A stretch of DNA of 59,780 nt, filler included, from Bipalium vagum (Eukaryota), in the NCBI GenBank assembly GCA_037834085.1. It is 3 parts of 3 records of this genome, joined end to end, with 100 filler letters (N's around TTAATTAATTAA, not from the genome) between each part and the next. Parts side by side here need not be neighbours in the genome. Positions count along the whole stretch, not along the records: positions 20,883 to 43,967 come from JBBMKC010213366.1; 2 more parts are not named here. One strand, written 5' to 3'. Under the pieces are notes generated by a model. That model did no database searches and was not told where the DNA came from. It was given only the letters and a program-made list of their open reading frames with translations. The first letter of the stretch is position 1, and each line of letters begins with the position of its first letter. The position numbers and the translations under genes were made by a program. Shown here in pieces: positions 25,320 through 39,325 of this stretch.

Positions 25320-27810
25320 GCTTCCACGGGTTTTGACAATACGAAGAATTTTAACATATGCATTCAATTTCAAAACTCTAAAATACAAATGCACCATAAG
25401 ATCCATAATATTGTACAATTTTTCGATGAAAGCAGAAATCTTTCAATATAGAGATTTTGTTTGGTGACAAAGTGAGGTAAGTGCTTTTCAAAATCATCTT
25501 TTGAGTTCAGTTTTTTTACCATTAATGGAGTTCTGCAGTGAATGAAAGAATGAGAGCCTGTTAGTACAACATCAGACATATTTGTAAGTTTGACAAAAAA
25601 TGGCGTAGCGCTGCTTCCCACTGTACTCGTTAAACAGATTCAACTTTTTGTTCTGGTTGGAGTGCTTTGTGGTACTATTTAATTCATATTTAATCCAACC
25701 ATGTACAGTGCGTTATCGTCCTTGGAGCCAGTCTCTACTTGTCACAGTTGGTATGTTCTCACTCGGTCCTCTCCAAAACCCTCTTCAAATTATATTTTTA
25801 CCTAATTTTTAATTTGACTGAACAAGATATTCATAAACTACAGATATAATACCAGCACCAACAAAACACTTTGGCGTATACATGTACTTAATGAAAGAAT
25901 TACTTCCAAGACTAAGTATACTTTTCAAGAGACGACGAATATTTGGTTCAATGGTATTCACTCCTTGAGTTATCTCATTGAACGTTATGTAAATATTTTG
26001 AAAAGCAAAAATCATTCGCGAATGAATAAGAGTGTGATGGACTTTCAACTTTTGCAATGCGTCAAGAATTCTTTGGGAAATAATTCGTAGCTGTTCGATA
26101 ATGTCAGCAAATAACGATCGAGGTGGTGAATGAATATTTTCCCAAAAGTCAACACCCAAATATCGATGTCTCAGTAACAGTGAACGTAGAAATTCACTAA
26201 TCACCAATTTTCAAAGGACTTGTGGAACACGAACAAGAGCGCAGTTTGAAGGCCGAAATCTCAAATGGAGCCAAGATGACACTTGAGCTGCTGGATTCAG
26301 GAGCTCTTGCATGTGTAGATGACTTCTGGCAAAAAGAACAACATCATCTGCATAAGCAAGTGTGCTCAACCGGTGTTCACAAATCAGAACCCCACCGCTC
26401 AACACTTGATCGAGACTGTTTAATATTTGATTCATTCCAACATTAAACAACAGCATAGATAACGGACATCCCTGCCGAACACCCACATTAATTTTAATAG
26501 AATCTGTAGTAAGATTGCCGCACATAAAGTATGACTGACAATTACTATACAGGGCTTTGATCAATCTGCGCGATTGAGAGCCAACTTCCATTTTACGAAG
26601 ACAACCGGTTATGAAAATGATATAAATGCTACCAAAAGCATCCGCAACATCAAGAAAAGTAATATGCAAGGGCATTTGTAGTTCTCGGCGATATCGATGA
26701 ATTAAATCACAAAGCAGATAATTATGCTCAGATAATTATGCTCATTGCAAGGACCCAAACTCTTTTGCATTGGATGTAAAAGATTATTATTATTAAGCCA
26801 ACCAGAAAGTTGTTTAGTCAAAACTGAAGCAAATAATTTATAAGAGCAATCAAGTGAAGCTATTGGACACAAAGAATTAATATCATCATATTTTCCGGTT
26901 TTCATAGGTTTTGGAATAAGTAATGTTGAGAAAGATTTCCATATGGAAGGAATAGAGGCATTCTCAATAATTCTATTCAAAAGAGCACCATAAATATCGA
27001 ACAAAGGATCACAATATGTGATATTACTGATACCAGGAGCCGAATTTTTACATGATTTCAAAACCGATTTCAAAACATCAGAATCTATTCGATGAAAATC
27101 AAACGGTGAACCATGTTTAAAAAGAATATTGTCAGAAAATTTTGACCAATCACAAGCATTAGGAACAACAGATTTTTTACTGTAATACTCGATTTTATCA
27201 TCGGATGATGGAGTGCAATCAACTACAGTTTTATCAACAATGATTTTAAAAGCAGTTGATGGAGAAAACCGGTAAACTTTTCTTAGATATAGATCAGTTG
27301 TTAATCTTTGACCTGAAGATTTACCAAGAAAAAAGTTCTTTTCTTTAATCTGTCTCAATTCGTATATATGGTTGACAAGTTTTGAATCAAAATCATCGTT
27401 AGAAAAATTTTGTTCCACACAAGAAGCAAGACTTGCAGCCATTGATATACGAGAAACGAAAGGACTTTACGGTGACACAGTATATACTTCAGACTTTCAA
27501 CAGGTTCAACAGATTTTGTAGAATTCTCAGAAACAATCTTAGATTCAACCTCAGAAACATCACATATCTTACTCTAAACTATCAAAGGTTTCAGGTAAGA
27601 TGGTCTAGATTTCATAAAAGAAGAAAATGCAAAAATAACAAAATCAATAAAATCCACAATTGGCTTCTCAAGCTCTGCTGGACACTGCAGGCGAGAATTT
27701 TTATAAATCAAAAATCTGTCACAATTATCGTGCACAACATTGAATAGCCGATTGATCTGATTAATCGTCTGTACTGATATCATTTTATGTGGCATATTCA
27801 CATTATTTTT
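25320..27810 (-). mobile_element. Second RLE-type (NeSL-like) non-LTR retrotransposon, decayed, with internal deletions
   Basis: ORFs 26702-27442 (SAPGISNI, LIPKP, YKLFAS), 26211-26675 (FLDVADAFGS, GVRQGCPLS, AYADD), 25809-26207 (RYLGV); degraded C-terminal region to about 25320. Confidence 0.88.
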
Positions 27811-29996
27811 GTTTCATCTAATTTTATATTGCATCCAACGACACCATTTTTATAAAATACATTATTCAAATTTTTAACTTGTAAAATTTCATTTATATTT
27901 TTAATTTTTTTAATTTCAAAATTCAAACGTTTACATTTTTGAAAGCTATCACCTTGCTTTACTCAAAATTAGTAAAATTGGGAAATTATTAAATAATAAT
28001 CTTTTTTCACGTTTGAATAAAATACGTGTTAACATGTGATTACTAAAAGTGGCATTATCATTTGAATTATTTTTATTATTAATATTATTCTCATTATAAT
28101 TATGTTTTGTATTCTCATTATTATTATTAAATTTTTTTCTTATTATTATCATTATTAATAGCATTATTATTGTTATTATTATGTATATCGATATTATTAT
28201 TAGCAAACAGGGTATTAGTTAGATTATTATAATTACAATTTGATGAAATCTTACTAATCTTATCACATAGATTTCAAATCTTTTCAAGAGAAAAGAAAAT
28301 TGATTCTCCTGAAATGGATAGCCATCTTCGCGAAAAGAAGCGGCATTTCTCAGAGCTTAATTGCCATAAAGGCATTCACCATCTTCGCGGAAAGTCGCGG
28401 TCTGTAGTATATTAAAAATTTTCGCATTTCGAACACTTTCAAGACTGCCACTATTGTGCAACAAACAGCAAGACTTATCTTGATTAAGATTCGACTGCAT
28501 TTTGGTGGCGTAATGAACACATTAATAGTGCAACAAAGTCAAAAAATTGAACCTTTGTATGTATTATGCAATTTCAGTGGTGGGCAAGTTTCGCAAGAGA
28601 ATTTTTTAACTTGCCCACACACTCATGAATTAACGCGTCCTTAATGGTTAACCTTTAAGGGATAACATATAGTCTTTGACATCTCCATTTAGCCTTTCCA
28701 CTCGTCACTCATAACCCTTTTCTTATTACAGTTTTACGGTCTTGTTCTCTACTTTTAGATAAATTTGTACTGGATTTGAAGAGTCCAAAACACGGAATAC
28801 CAATATTCCATGATTCGGATCTATTCCTCTATGATATTTTACCTTGACCGAGATGAAAGTTTAATTAAATAATCATCTATTTATACTTCTCCCTAAGAGT
28901 AAAGTAAACAGGATAACCCTAAAGTATACGGAGAAATTAACAGAGTTATGAGATAGTATAACCTGATAACTGATGATCATTAGACAAATTGAATTTATAA
29001 AAACGTCCAAAGAAGGATTTTACACTACAGATGGAAACTAATATCAAACATTTGTTAAATTAAATCAAAAACAGAATAATAATATTATTAAATATAATTA
29101 ATATAAACATAATTATATTTAATACATTATTTCATTACACTTTCAAATTCTGAATAAAATTTTCATTTCTCATTTTTATACTACTGCAATTTAATGAGTA
29201 GTGTACCAATTATTATTTAAAAATGGGCCGTTGTTTAATATGGAAACTTTACATTTTAAAAAGTACGAAGTCGCCTAAATTTTGGGAATAAATTGAAGCC
29301 TCCACTGTTGTAAATTTGTTGGTCAACGTTTAATTCTTAAATAATGAAATAATAATAGAGCAATTAATTGTAAATTAATTAATTATTTTTTAAATTATTA
29401 TTACTATTTTATTTTTGAATTTTTCCACAGAGACCAGAGTTAAAGAAAAAGTTGAGAATGCGTTTAAGGTTTTATTGTTCCTTTACATTCAAAACTTTAA
29501 TTCATTAAATAAAAAATTAATTTAGTTATTCATTATTTATTAATTAATTATATAATAAAGAAAAAAAACAAGATAGTAAAACACACTTTTCTCAAATTAT
29601 TATTACTACAATAATTTGTTTAAATCTTTTCAGCATCCCTGAGATAAGTTAGAAGATTTTACACAACATTTTCATTCGATTAAGGAATCTTTATTAAAGA
29701 CAACTCCAGGATCATTTTTCTTATTTTTGTTTTTAGTTAAACAAACAAAAAAATCTTTTTACATATTTTATTCTTTTCTTTTCTTGATATATAATTTTTG
29801 TCTTTGATCTCTAAAACGAATCANNNNNNNNNNNNNNNNNNNNNNNNNNNNNNNNNNNNNNNNNNNNNNNNNNNNNNNNNNNNNNNNNNNNNNNNNNNNN
29901 NNNNNNNNNNNNNNNNNNNNNNNNNNNNNNNNNNNNNNNNNNNNNNNNNNNNNNNNNNNNNNNNNTAATTAAAACTTCAAAATCTAATGTTGACGA

Positions 29997-30872
29997 TCAC
30001 TCGTAAACGAATTGTAGGTCAGCATCTTTAAATTTTCTTTCAATTCTTTCGTCCAATATCGAATTCTGTTCGTTGGAAAGGGTATTTTTCCAATCTCCGA
30101 TTTCTCCTTTTCTCAAAAATTTAAATCCATTTGTATATGTTACGTTTACATTCGGATTTTTGGACATAGTTTTGAACGACGAGTTATGCACTATTTTCTC
30201 TTTCTCTTCTTCCGATAAAGTCTCTCCCAAGAATGCAGCTATTCTTTCGACATTAGTTGATAAATTTCTTAAAAGGTCTTCGTAAAACAGAATCAATACA
30301 TTCTCTCTATCTCTCAGACTCCACCATTCCAAGTTATAGTCAAAATATTTTCCAATAAAAGATTCGTCCATTAAAAAAAGGTCAAAAAAGTCGTTAAAAT
30401 CGATGTTCCATTTCTTTTTCCAATGTGAAAAAAAATGAAAATTGGAGACCAAACAGTCCTTTGGGTTTCTCATTACTACAATAAATTTTGGACAGGCTTT
30501 TTCCACATTCGCCTTGATGAATGAATAAGGGACGTGTGTAACAGTAAATCTATAAGGCTCGTTTCTTTGAGAACTCAACGTATCTATTGGACTTTGAGTC
30601 AATTCTTTATTATGTCTAATATCAAATTCGAAAAATGGAATTCTTTTTAAATTCCGCTCCACCATTTCTCCCTTTTTCACAGATTTTCGATTTTTAATTT
30701 GCCAAATGATTTCCTGTGTAAACGTTGTCCCACTCCGATAAGTACTTGATAAGATAATATCCGTTGGTAGAAATTCGAAGTCACAGACTTGGTCCAAGAT
30801 TTCTGGTGTCGTATATACGGCGAAATCGTGGCCTTTATAATTGAGTACGTTGTAAATCTTGTGCCTGTTCAT
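29997..30872 (-). CDS. Cytosolic sulfotransferase (Sulfotransfer_1 family), 291 aa, intronless CDS
   Basis: 5'-PSB loop variant STYRSGTT, catalytic His in VTHVP, 3'-PB motif RNPKDCLVS, YEDL, C-terminal FLRKGEIGDWKN. Confidence 0.95.
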   Translation of the reverse strand: MNRHKIYNVLNYKGHDFAVYTTPEILDQVCDFEFLPTDIILSSTYRSGTTFTQEIIWQIKNRKSVKKGEMVERNLKRIPFFEFDIRHNKELTQSPIDTLSSQRNEPYRFTVTHVPYSFIKANVEKACPKFIVVMRNPKDCLVSNFHFFSHWKKKWNIDFNDFFDLFLMDESFIGKYFDYNLEWWSLRDRENVLILFYEDLLRNLSTNVERIAAFLGETLSEEEKEKIVHNSSFKTMSKNPNVNVTYTNGFKFLRKGEIGDWKNTLSNEQNSILDERIERKFKDADLQFVYE

Positions 30873-31904
30873 TCTAAAAATGTTCTCAAAGAATAACTAC
30901 ATCATTATATCTCATCAAATTAGACTACGTATTGTATTGTCTAGAAGCTTACCAGGCCGTTGACCATTGACAATTCAATATTATTGTTAAACATTGAAAT
31001 ATGACATTGTTGAACTGATCAGATTGATATCTATGAATTTCAGAAACCTCGTGGAGACAATTAATACAATATCTTGAATTGTATTAAAATAATAACTTTA
31101 GATTATTCAAATTATCATAATGGAGTTTAGAGTAGACCCTTGTGTTAAAGTAAATGGTATTAATATAATTTACTTTTACCGTTGTGAAACTTCATTATTG
31201 AAATTAAAAGGTTAGATAAATTTTCATCAAGTGCTACTGTCTCTTCTGGTATTATATGCGGTTTATTTTACAAGGCGTATCCGAAGGAAGAAGACCGGTG
31301 TAAATTAAAAACAACACATAAAATATAAATATACTGTGGACTCTATTATTTGAAATCTTGGTTATTTGTAGTTTCCTTAGTAAGACTTTAATTTATTTAT
31401 CTGAATAAAATTGAACTTTTTTGAAATCCCAACGGTTCAAATAACTAAGAGCTCACTACATATATATATAATTAAACCATAAATATATATTTAATCCATC
31501 CTCTTTTATATTAACATAATTCAGTGCTGTTATCAAGACACTATTGGCAGAACTGTTTCTTGAGATTAAAATCGGTTTACGAATATTAATATTAAGATTT
31601 CCTGTCTCACTATAATTATATTAATTATTTATTATTTAGTTATAATTTTCTAATCATTGACCAAAATTCAAGTGAGGCACTGAAAATTGATGAAATGTAT
31701 TTTTAATAGTATAATCAAATAATGAAAATTATATAATATTAAAAAACTGTCACAGTTTCCTAGTAAGCTGTGGATTGATCCTGGGGCAATTTACCAGCGA
31801 ATATTTTTTAGTTATTTTGATCTGTGTATTCCGCTTACTTTTTTTTAATATGGTATGTATTTTAATGAAATTGGATATGAGGCTCTTCTTGGAATGTCAT
31901 AGTA

Positions 31905-32092
31905 ATTAGTGGGGAAACTGCTAATTGAGACCAATACCCAAGCCCCAATGTCGAATACCGAATATTGAATAAACCTAATCTGGTTTTTGATTTTTTCAAT
32001 TTTATGAATATGGAATACCAAATAATGCAATGCACAATATCAAATACCGAATATCAAACATTGAATACAAATACATCCATTTCCCCACTAAT
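31905..32092. mobile_element. Small TIR element (MITE, hAT-like)
   Basis: 13-bp perfect inverted repeat attagtggggaaa / tttccccactaat with repeated internal (cc)gaata motifs; adjacent TTLISHLKSKNH (BED-finger-like) remnant at about 32320. Confidence 0.5.
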
Positions 32093-32449
32093 GTCACATT
32101 TTTTCAAATTTCAATTTTTCATTGATTTTTCATAGTTGATTTGCAATATGTCAATTTTTCATTTTTTTCATTTTTATAAAATTTAAAGTTTATGAATTTC
32201 ATGAATTTTTAAATTTATTAACTCTTTTTTTATGGAATAAACATTTTATTATTATAAAAAAGATTGAAACCATAGAGGATTTGTTTTAAATTGGATGTAA
32301 TAAAAATATGAAAAACTAAAACAACATTAATTTCTCATTTAAAATCTAAAAATCATAATGAAACTTTAAATAAAAATATATCAAATGAACTGCCCGGTAA
32401 CGATTCTACATAAAAATTTTATCTTAACAACTTGATTTGAAAATCGTAA

Positions 32450-33672
32450 AGTTAATGTTTTTAGATTACTTAGCACACTAAGTTGAAAACTGGATTTCTT
32501 TATATAGAACGGCTCACATTAACAGAAAAGTCAAAAATTGATTCCTTAAAAGATAGTCGAATAGGAAGATTACTCTTTATCTGAAAATGTCTCACGTTAG
32601 CGTAAATAATTATTGCAGGATAAATAAAAATTTGGTAAATATTTAAATAGTGGAAAGAAATCCTCTTTATCTTTAGGAGATAAACGACATTTTTTCATCA
32701 AAGCTCTTAATGTTCACGTGTTATCTTCTCGAATATAAAAAGAATTATAATTATTAGTTACAGTATGGATAAGACAACAAATATTAAAAGAAAATAATTT
32801 ATCAGAATGGAAGAAGAGACAGGATAAACCTAAACTAAACAAGTATAAGATAGTATAAGATAAGTACAAGTATAAGTCACTTGGCGTTCATCGAAAAGTA
32901 CACGACATGAGATAGGGAATGTAAAAAAGTTCTTTTCAGTGATGAGAAAAAGTTTAATCTAGATGCTCTTGACGGTTTGAGAGAAGACCGTTTGACCACT
33001 TGAGAAAAGAAGATGAAAAATGCTACAGTCGTACCTTTGGCGGAGGATCATTAATGATATGCGGAGCTTTCTCATTCGTTGAGGGGTTACCTTAATCATT
33101 TATATCCACTAAAATGAAGGCAACAGAGTATAGAAATTAACTTTCGGTTCAATTAACTGACTATGTAAACCAATTATTTCCCGGAAATTTTCGTGTTTCA
33201 ACATGATAATGCACCTATTCATAGTGTCAAAGTGCCAAAAAGATGAAATAAAGAAAAAGTTTTAGAATAACCATCACTTTGTCCAGACTTAAAGCCAATA
33301 GAAAATATATAGGGTATCATTGTTAAGCGTTCATATGCCTAAAGGAGACAATTTAACATTGTTGGAATGACATTCACATAAATAGAACAAGAAACTTGGT
33401 ATTATCCATGATAAACCTATTTTTAATGTCATTAAGGCAAACGGAGCTCAAACAGTTCAAAATAACTGAATTATACATGATGTTTGAAAATATAAATGTA
33501 ATGGAAATAATTTTATTTCCCTGTTAAAATAGAAAAATTATTAAATATACATTTATTATTTGATCTCTATTATTTATTTAACCTTAATCCACTTACTAAA
33601 AAATTCTCTGTATTTAAAAAAATATATAGAATTTTCAAAAATATTGTAAGTAATTCAATTCCCTCTACAGTA
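32450..33672 (+). mobile_element. Tc1-like transposon, decayed
   Basis: FSDEKKFNLDALDG, FGGGSLMICGAFS, FQHDNAPIH, PDLKPIENI; ends ..ctacag-TA. Confidence 0.82.
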
Positions 33673-34164
33673 TATATATATATATACATACAATACAAAT
33701 GAAATTAAATTTGGAGATAAATTTGAAAAATATAATTATAAATCAAAACTTTTAAATTAGGTAAGATTGAATTATTTTAAAATATTCAAGTTAGTAATAA
33801 TAAAAAACATTTTTTAATTTTCAAGATGAATTACTAGACATAATTAAGTATTATCTTAAATATATTAACAATAAGTTCAGTTATCAAATTTTCATTTAAT
33901 ATAAATTTATTCATCAATTAAAAATTTTATTTATAAATAAATGAAATATTAATAAATCAATTTTATTACAACCAGAAAAAAGAAAAAAGAAATACAGTTT
34001 TATCAAATTTATTTAGTTTTTTAAATAAGTATGTAGAACAAAAAAAAACAAAAAGGGTCTAGATGAAAATTAGATTAAAATTAGATTAAAATTTAGATTA
34101 GTTTTATTTAACTAACAAAGTTTAGGTTGTTCCTCATATGTTTAATTACTATTTAATTTGTTAG

Positions 34165-35200
34165 AATATATAAGAAATATTAAAAATAATGAAAATAAAG
34201 GTTTTGCTTATTCTATAATTGCATTTACATCCAGCAATGGATCATAGTGATAGAGTCATTATCTTCCATATATATCAATTAAATTTAAATGATATAAATT
34301 TTCCTGTGAAAGTAGAAGATATAAAAAAATTTAATAAGCAAAATAATATTTCAGTAAATATATTTGAAATTGTTGAAAATATAATATTAATACCAATTCA
34401 TATAGAATCTTGTATAGCTCGTCTAACAATAGTAGAAGGAAGAAAATGTAATTTATTGTTATTATTATAACCAGTATGTATTATGTAAAACTATGAATAT
34501 CTTTTTTAATGAAAAATTACATAGTAATCACATTTATTTTAACTGTTTTAATTCTTATTATTCAAAATATTTATTAAGAGAACATATAAGTATTTGTCAA
34601 GATTTTAAAGAATCAAAAGCAACATTTCATAAAGATGAATATTGCCAATTTAATAATTATTACTTTAAAATAAAATACCATTTGTATTATATGGTGTTTT
34701 TTGTAACTTTGAATTTATATGAGGAAAATTAAATATAAACCAAAAACCATTATCAATAGGAATTTATATTAAATCCAATAAATGTAACATAAATGATAAG
34801 TCAATTAAAAATTTTAATTCCATTTTATTTTGGTAATGAATCTGGATATGATTTTCATTTATTTTTCAAAGAATTAATAAAAAAAAAATATCCAAATGAC
34901 ATAAATTTATAGTTCCACATACAGATTATATAAGTTTTAGTTTTAAGAATATTAGATATTTTAATTGCTTAAGAATGTGTTCAAATATTTCTGTTAAAGT
35001 TATGGGAGAAACTTTAGTAAAATCTAATAAATATGAAATTTTAAAATCTTATGACTTAAAACCTTAGAAATCATTTTATCCTTATGAATATATAAAAGGT
35101 TCTAATTACAATGAAGTCGATAAATTAATATCAAATAAGATAGAATTTAAGATAAATGATTTTTTTCCTAAAATAAATGGTTCTATAACTAAAAATGGAA
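34165..35200 (+). mobile_element. Polinton/Maverick (adintovirus-like) protein-primed DNA polymerase B remnant
   Basis: Broken frames give KNNENK.FAYSII, LHPAMDHSDRV..INFPVKVEDIKKFNKQNNISVNIF, NCFNSYYSKYLLREHISIC, NESGYDFHLFFKEL, FYPYEYI; characteristic of the Polinton pPolB N-terminal/exonuclease region. Confidence 0.8.
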
Positions 35201-36409
35201 GAGATTTTTAATGGAGGGATAATTTTATATATTCATTTTTCAATTTATTTTCTTAGAAAATGGATCAAAATGGTGTTGTGAATTTTATAAAATTAGTATC
35301 ACTAAACATAATAAAAGTCATCATGAAAATACGATAAAACATGAAAAAAATAACGAAAAAACCACAATAAAATCAACGATAAAAAAACTATTAAAAAATT
35401 ATATCAAATGAAATAAGTTTTAATACATAGTAATAAATAATAAGTTTTTAATAAGTAAGTTTTAAATATTCAAGAAATTCAACAAAAAAATCAGTTTTTT
35501 AAAAAGCAGATGATGATTTACAGTCAGCAATTACAAATAGTACATTTTAAAAGAAATTTACAACAGTGAAATATCCAGGAGAATTACATTAATATCTTTA
35601 AACCCCATTATTAATGCTGCATTTCAATTTACGATTCAAGTGGGCTCGAGTGAAATTTTCATAGAAGTCTGTTAGTGTCTTTTAAGAAAAAATGTTCAGC
35701 CAAAATTGGAATTCAGAAAATGTAAAAAATAGGAAAATACAGAACGCATTGGAAATATTAGACAAATTCGTAATCAATATTATTCTCATTCGTTTGTAAG
35801 TGATCAAGAAAGAAATAGAGAAAATATTTATATTGAGGAAAGACAAGAAAACGCTAGAATTACGCTATCACTAGATAATAATTTTTTACATAATGTAATA
35901 TAGATAAACCAATAAGATTTTAGATACAGACTAAAACGAGGTTATTATGTTTATGAATATGAAAAAGAATATAATAAAAAAGAAATCCAATATACTATAA
36001 AAGTCATAGAAAAGAAATTATAGAATATCAAAAGAATTATATTCAAAATAATCCAAATCTTTGATTTAAAAATAATATTCAAAGTAGTATTTTAAAGGTT
36101 TTAAAGGTAAATCACAAAAGGTATTAAAATTTTGAATTTTTTAGAAAATCGTTTGTAGTAAACTTTGATAAAAATATGAATTGGAAAATTTATATAAAAT
36201 ATTGTCACATGGATTATATTTGACCAATATCAGCATTTGATTTATCAATAAAAATTTTTTTAATTAGACAAATTTGAAAAATCTTAGGCTATTGGAAGTA
36301 AAAAAAACTAAAATATAATAAAATTGGCATTAGTTTATTTCTTAAATTGAGTGGATTAAATTAATGAACTCCAAAATAAGCTGATTAATTCACAAATAAT
36401 TTTAAAACT

Positions 36410-37815
36410 GCAACACCTTCAAATCGCTGGAAACTCCTAAAGAGTCTTCTTCTACTACTTCAGCGGAGATATCTTTTGAAGGATCTCAGGTAATGATGAT
36501 TTCGTTATTAAAAACAAAGAATATCGGCGAATCCTCATGTATTTCTTCTGAATATCAAATATCTGCAGATAAGCTCCAATAAGCTCTTCAACAGAAAGCT
36601 GTATTTGTAGATGTTACTACATTTAAGCCCGGACACTTTATTTCCGAGCATGTATTATCTTGGTAAGGATGTACTTATGACTATCATTTCGCCTGGCAAT
36701 CGCTTTAAACCAAATGTAGACCAAACTGGAATTTCTGATACCGCCTTCGTCAATGGAATGGACGAACCAGCGGCTATTGTCAGAATAAAGGAATGTGTTC
36801 AGAAAAAAGTACTTATTGGAAACCAAATGGAATATTTCCTGACAATTTGCGCAATCCCAACGCAACTTATAGATAGGTATATTGACTTTCAATATATACC
36901 ACAGTTGCGGGATTCTCTAAAACTTCCTTCTAACACAGTGTTAAGACTGAATCCCCTTGCAAACAAATTTAAAATTCCCGAAATGGCATCAATTAAATTA
37001 GAACCTCAATGGGCAGAGTGCAATGTGTTCAACATACACATATACTTATAGAAATTTGGTGCCAAATTGAAACCTCTTTGGCCTTCGAGCTAACATTGAT
37101 GTGTGCTGAAACTCTTCTTCACAACAACAATGAGGCCATTATAAATAAACCTCCTCCTTCTCCTCCATTGTCTTATCAGCCATTCGCAAGTAGAAGTGCT
37201 CGTGGTACAAAGATTCTCACTGATATCATTCGGACTCAAAACAGATTTTTGGAAAAAATACCACCACAATTTCGAGTCCCTGAAGTAGCATTACCCAATC
37301 CTCGTATTCCAAGCGCACCGCCTCCTCCACCACCGTCTGTACCCCATTTCGATATACAATCTGTCGTGTCATCTTCTAACATCGATCAATCAGATTACGA
37401 AGACTGCATTCTATCCCTTGATGACGACGATGAAGTCTATTTTGAGGTACCAGAAGCCTCGGCCATCCCATTGCCAATAAAAATAGACCCAACTGTATCT
37501 GCAGTACCTGGCAGTACAGAAAAAAAGGAATCACAAAGAAAACGTCCCCACATAACTACACTCATTCAGAAAGCCAAAAAACTGATTATTCCTCAATTGA
37601 CGCAAACCAATTTTTCCTCAGTAACCTCAGTTCGAACGCAAACCATCAATCGTAAAAAACTTAAGGTCGCTTCCCAAACTTCCAGATTTCATCAATTATT
37701 TCACGCCATACCTCCCTCTTACGCAATTTATATGGACGCCTTTCTCACAACATTCAACAGCCAATCAATTAAAAAAGAAGTACTCATTACGAATGCCTCA
37801 AATCTTCTAAAATAG
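36410..37815 (+). pseudogene. Frameshifted ORF: DEDD 3'-5' exonuclease-like domain (catalytic residues degenerate) plus Pro-rich/acidic tail
   Basis: Joining frames gives KAVFVDVTTF..VLMTIISP..DQTGISDTAFVNGMDEPAAIVRIKECVQKKVLIGNQMEYFL..YIDFQYIP..LRLNPLANKF..WAEC, colinear with the RNase T/REXO4-type pattern; then the 37009-37815 ORF with PPPSPP, APPPPPPS, DDDDE. Confidence 0.55.
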
Positions 37816-38784
37816 AAATCTAGCAAAAAAATATTATACAAATATAAATATGGAAATAATTTAAAACAAAAAACTAAAAAAGGAAATAATTAAAATACAA
37901 AAATAGAATTAACCTTAGAAAATACAATATAAAAGGTTAGCTTAAAAACAAAAATATGGACAAAAAAATTTTGGTACAAAAACAATACAGTCGTGACGAC
38001 AATCACAGTTCCTGTCAACAAGTCTAACATTAAACTATTTAAGCACGAGCGTTCAAAACATTTTCAGAGTAATTCATACATAGAACAATACAGAGACAGA
38101 ACAATTCACAATTAAATTCGAATTCAAACTCGCAGACGAAAACCTGAAATGACAAATTAATACGGAAATTCGATCGACATTCAAAGCCAAACTCCTAATA
38201 CCTTCAGTAGTCAATATTTTATGCCCTTTACATACAGTAAAATTTATTTAATTATTATTAATATTTTTTAATTATTATTATTTCATTCATTAAATATCAT
38301 ATCTGGTAAACTATACTAGTTTGCACAGATTATTTAAACTTATTTTAAAATCCAAACTTCACTATTACATAGGATTATCTTCATTTTTGTTTTCACATCT
38401 TCCATACTTCTCTTTTTGTTTATGATTTACACAACAGTTAGGGTTGATAAATCATCTCAGGACCTTGCCACAGGTTACAGGATAACTGTGTAAGGAATTA
38501 AGGATTCTCGTTTAAACTCCCCTTGTAAAATCACATTTTTACAAATAAGAATATTTGTATTCGATTCCATTTGTTTTCACTTATCCTATTTTATTTACCG
38601 TTCCGAATTACACTCCATAAATCCCTCTGATAATCATATACGTTTATGTTAAGTAAACTAGAAGCCCATAATCGATATTTGTAACTTAAACTCATTCAGG
38701 TTTAGGGAAACTTAACAACAATATGGAGAAAGTTCGGAGAAAGGCGGGTTTTAGTAAACTAATCATTTTTCTATGATAGTTAAC

Positions 38785-39325
38785 ATCTAGTAAATGAACT
38801 TCATAAAGAATTTAGAAAGCCTAAACAACTTTTAAGTCAAAGTTTTAACAAATATAATATTTAAAGTGCATATTTAATATTTGTACCTGGAGAGAGAGAT
38901 TCTAAAATAATATTAACAGTTATTGATTTATATACTCGTTTCGCATTTGCTGTTTCTTCAAAAAATAAACTAGAAAATCTATAACACATGCTTTTGTTGA
39001 AATATTTAGAGATTACCAAAGAAAACCTAAAAATTTTTAGGTTGATAAAGATACTGATACTAAAGATATTTTAAATAATATAGATTGAAAACTTGAAAAC
39101 AAAGATATTAATCCTTTAGAATTAAAACCAAAATTTAATTTAGAAGATAAAGTTCGAATTTTTAAATATATCAATTTGTAAAAAGGATATACAATCAAAT
39201 GGACAAATGAAATTTTTATTATAAATGAAATATAAAATCCAGTCGTTTGTGAAATAATTGATTTAAAAGGAGAAAAAGATCCTTGAAGATATTATGAACA
39301 TGAGCTTCATAAAGCACGTTTTTAA
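38785..39325 (+). mobile_element. Polinton/Maverick retroviral-like integrase remnant
   Basis: NELHKEFRKPK, ILTVIDLYTRFAFAV, KPKFNLEDKVRIFKY, KGYTIKWTNEIFII, YYEHELHK; typical Polinton integrase core and C-terminus with stops and deletions. Confidence 0.82.

Noticed and set aside
27949-28206. Hydrophobic or Asn-rich short ORFs (also 2154-2363, 48255-48549, and ORFs spanning N runs)
   Set aside because: Translations of ATT/TAA microsatellite-like DNA or assembly gaps.
28630-28655. piggyBac-like terminus (gtccttaatggttaa)
   Set aside because: No matching opposite end or transposase found.
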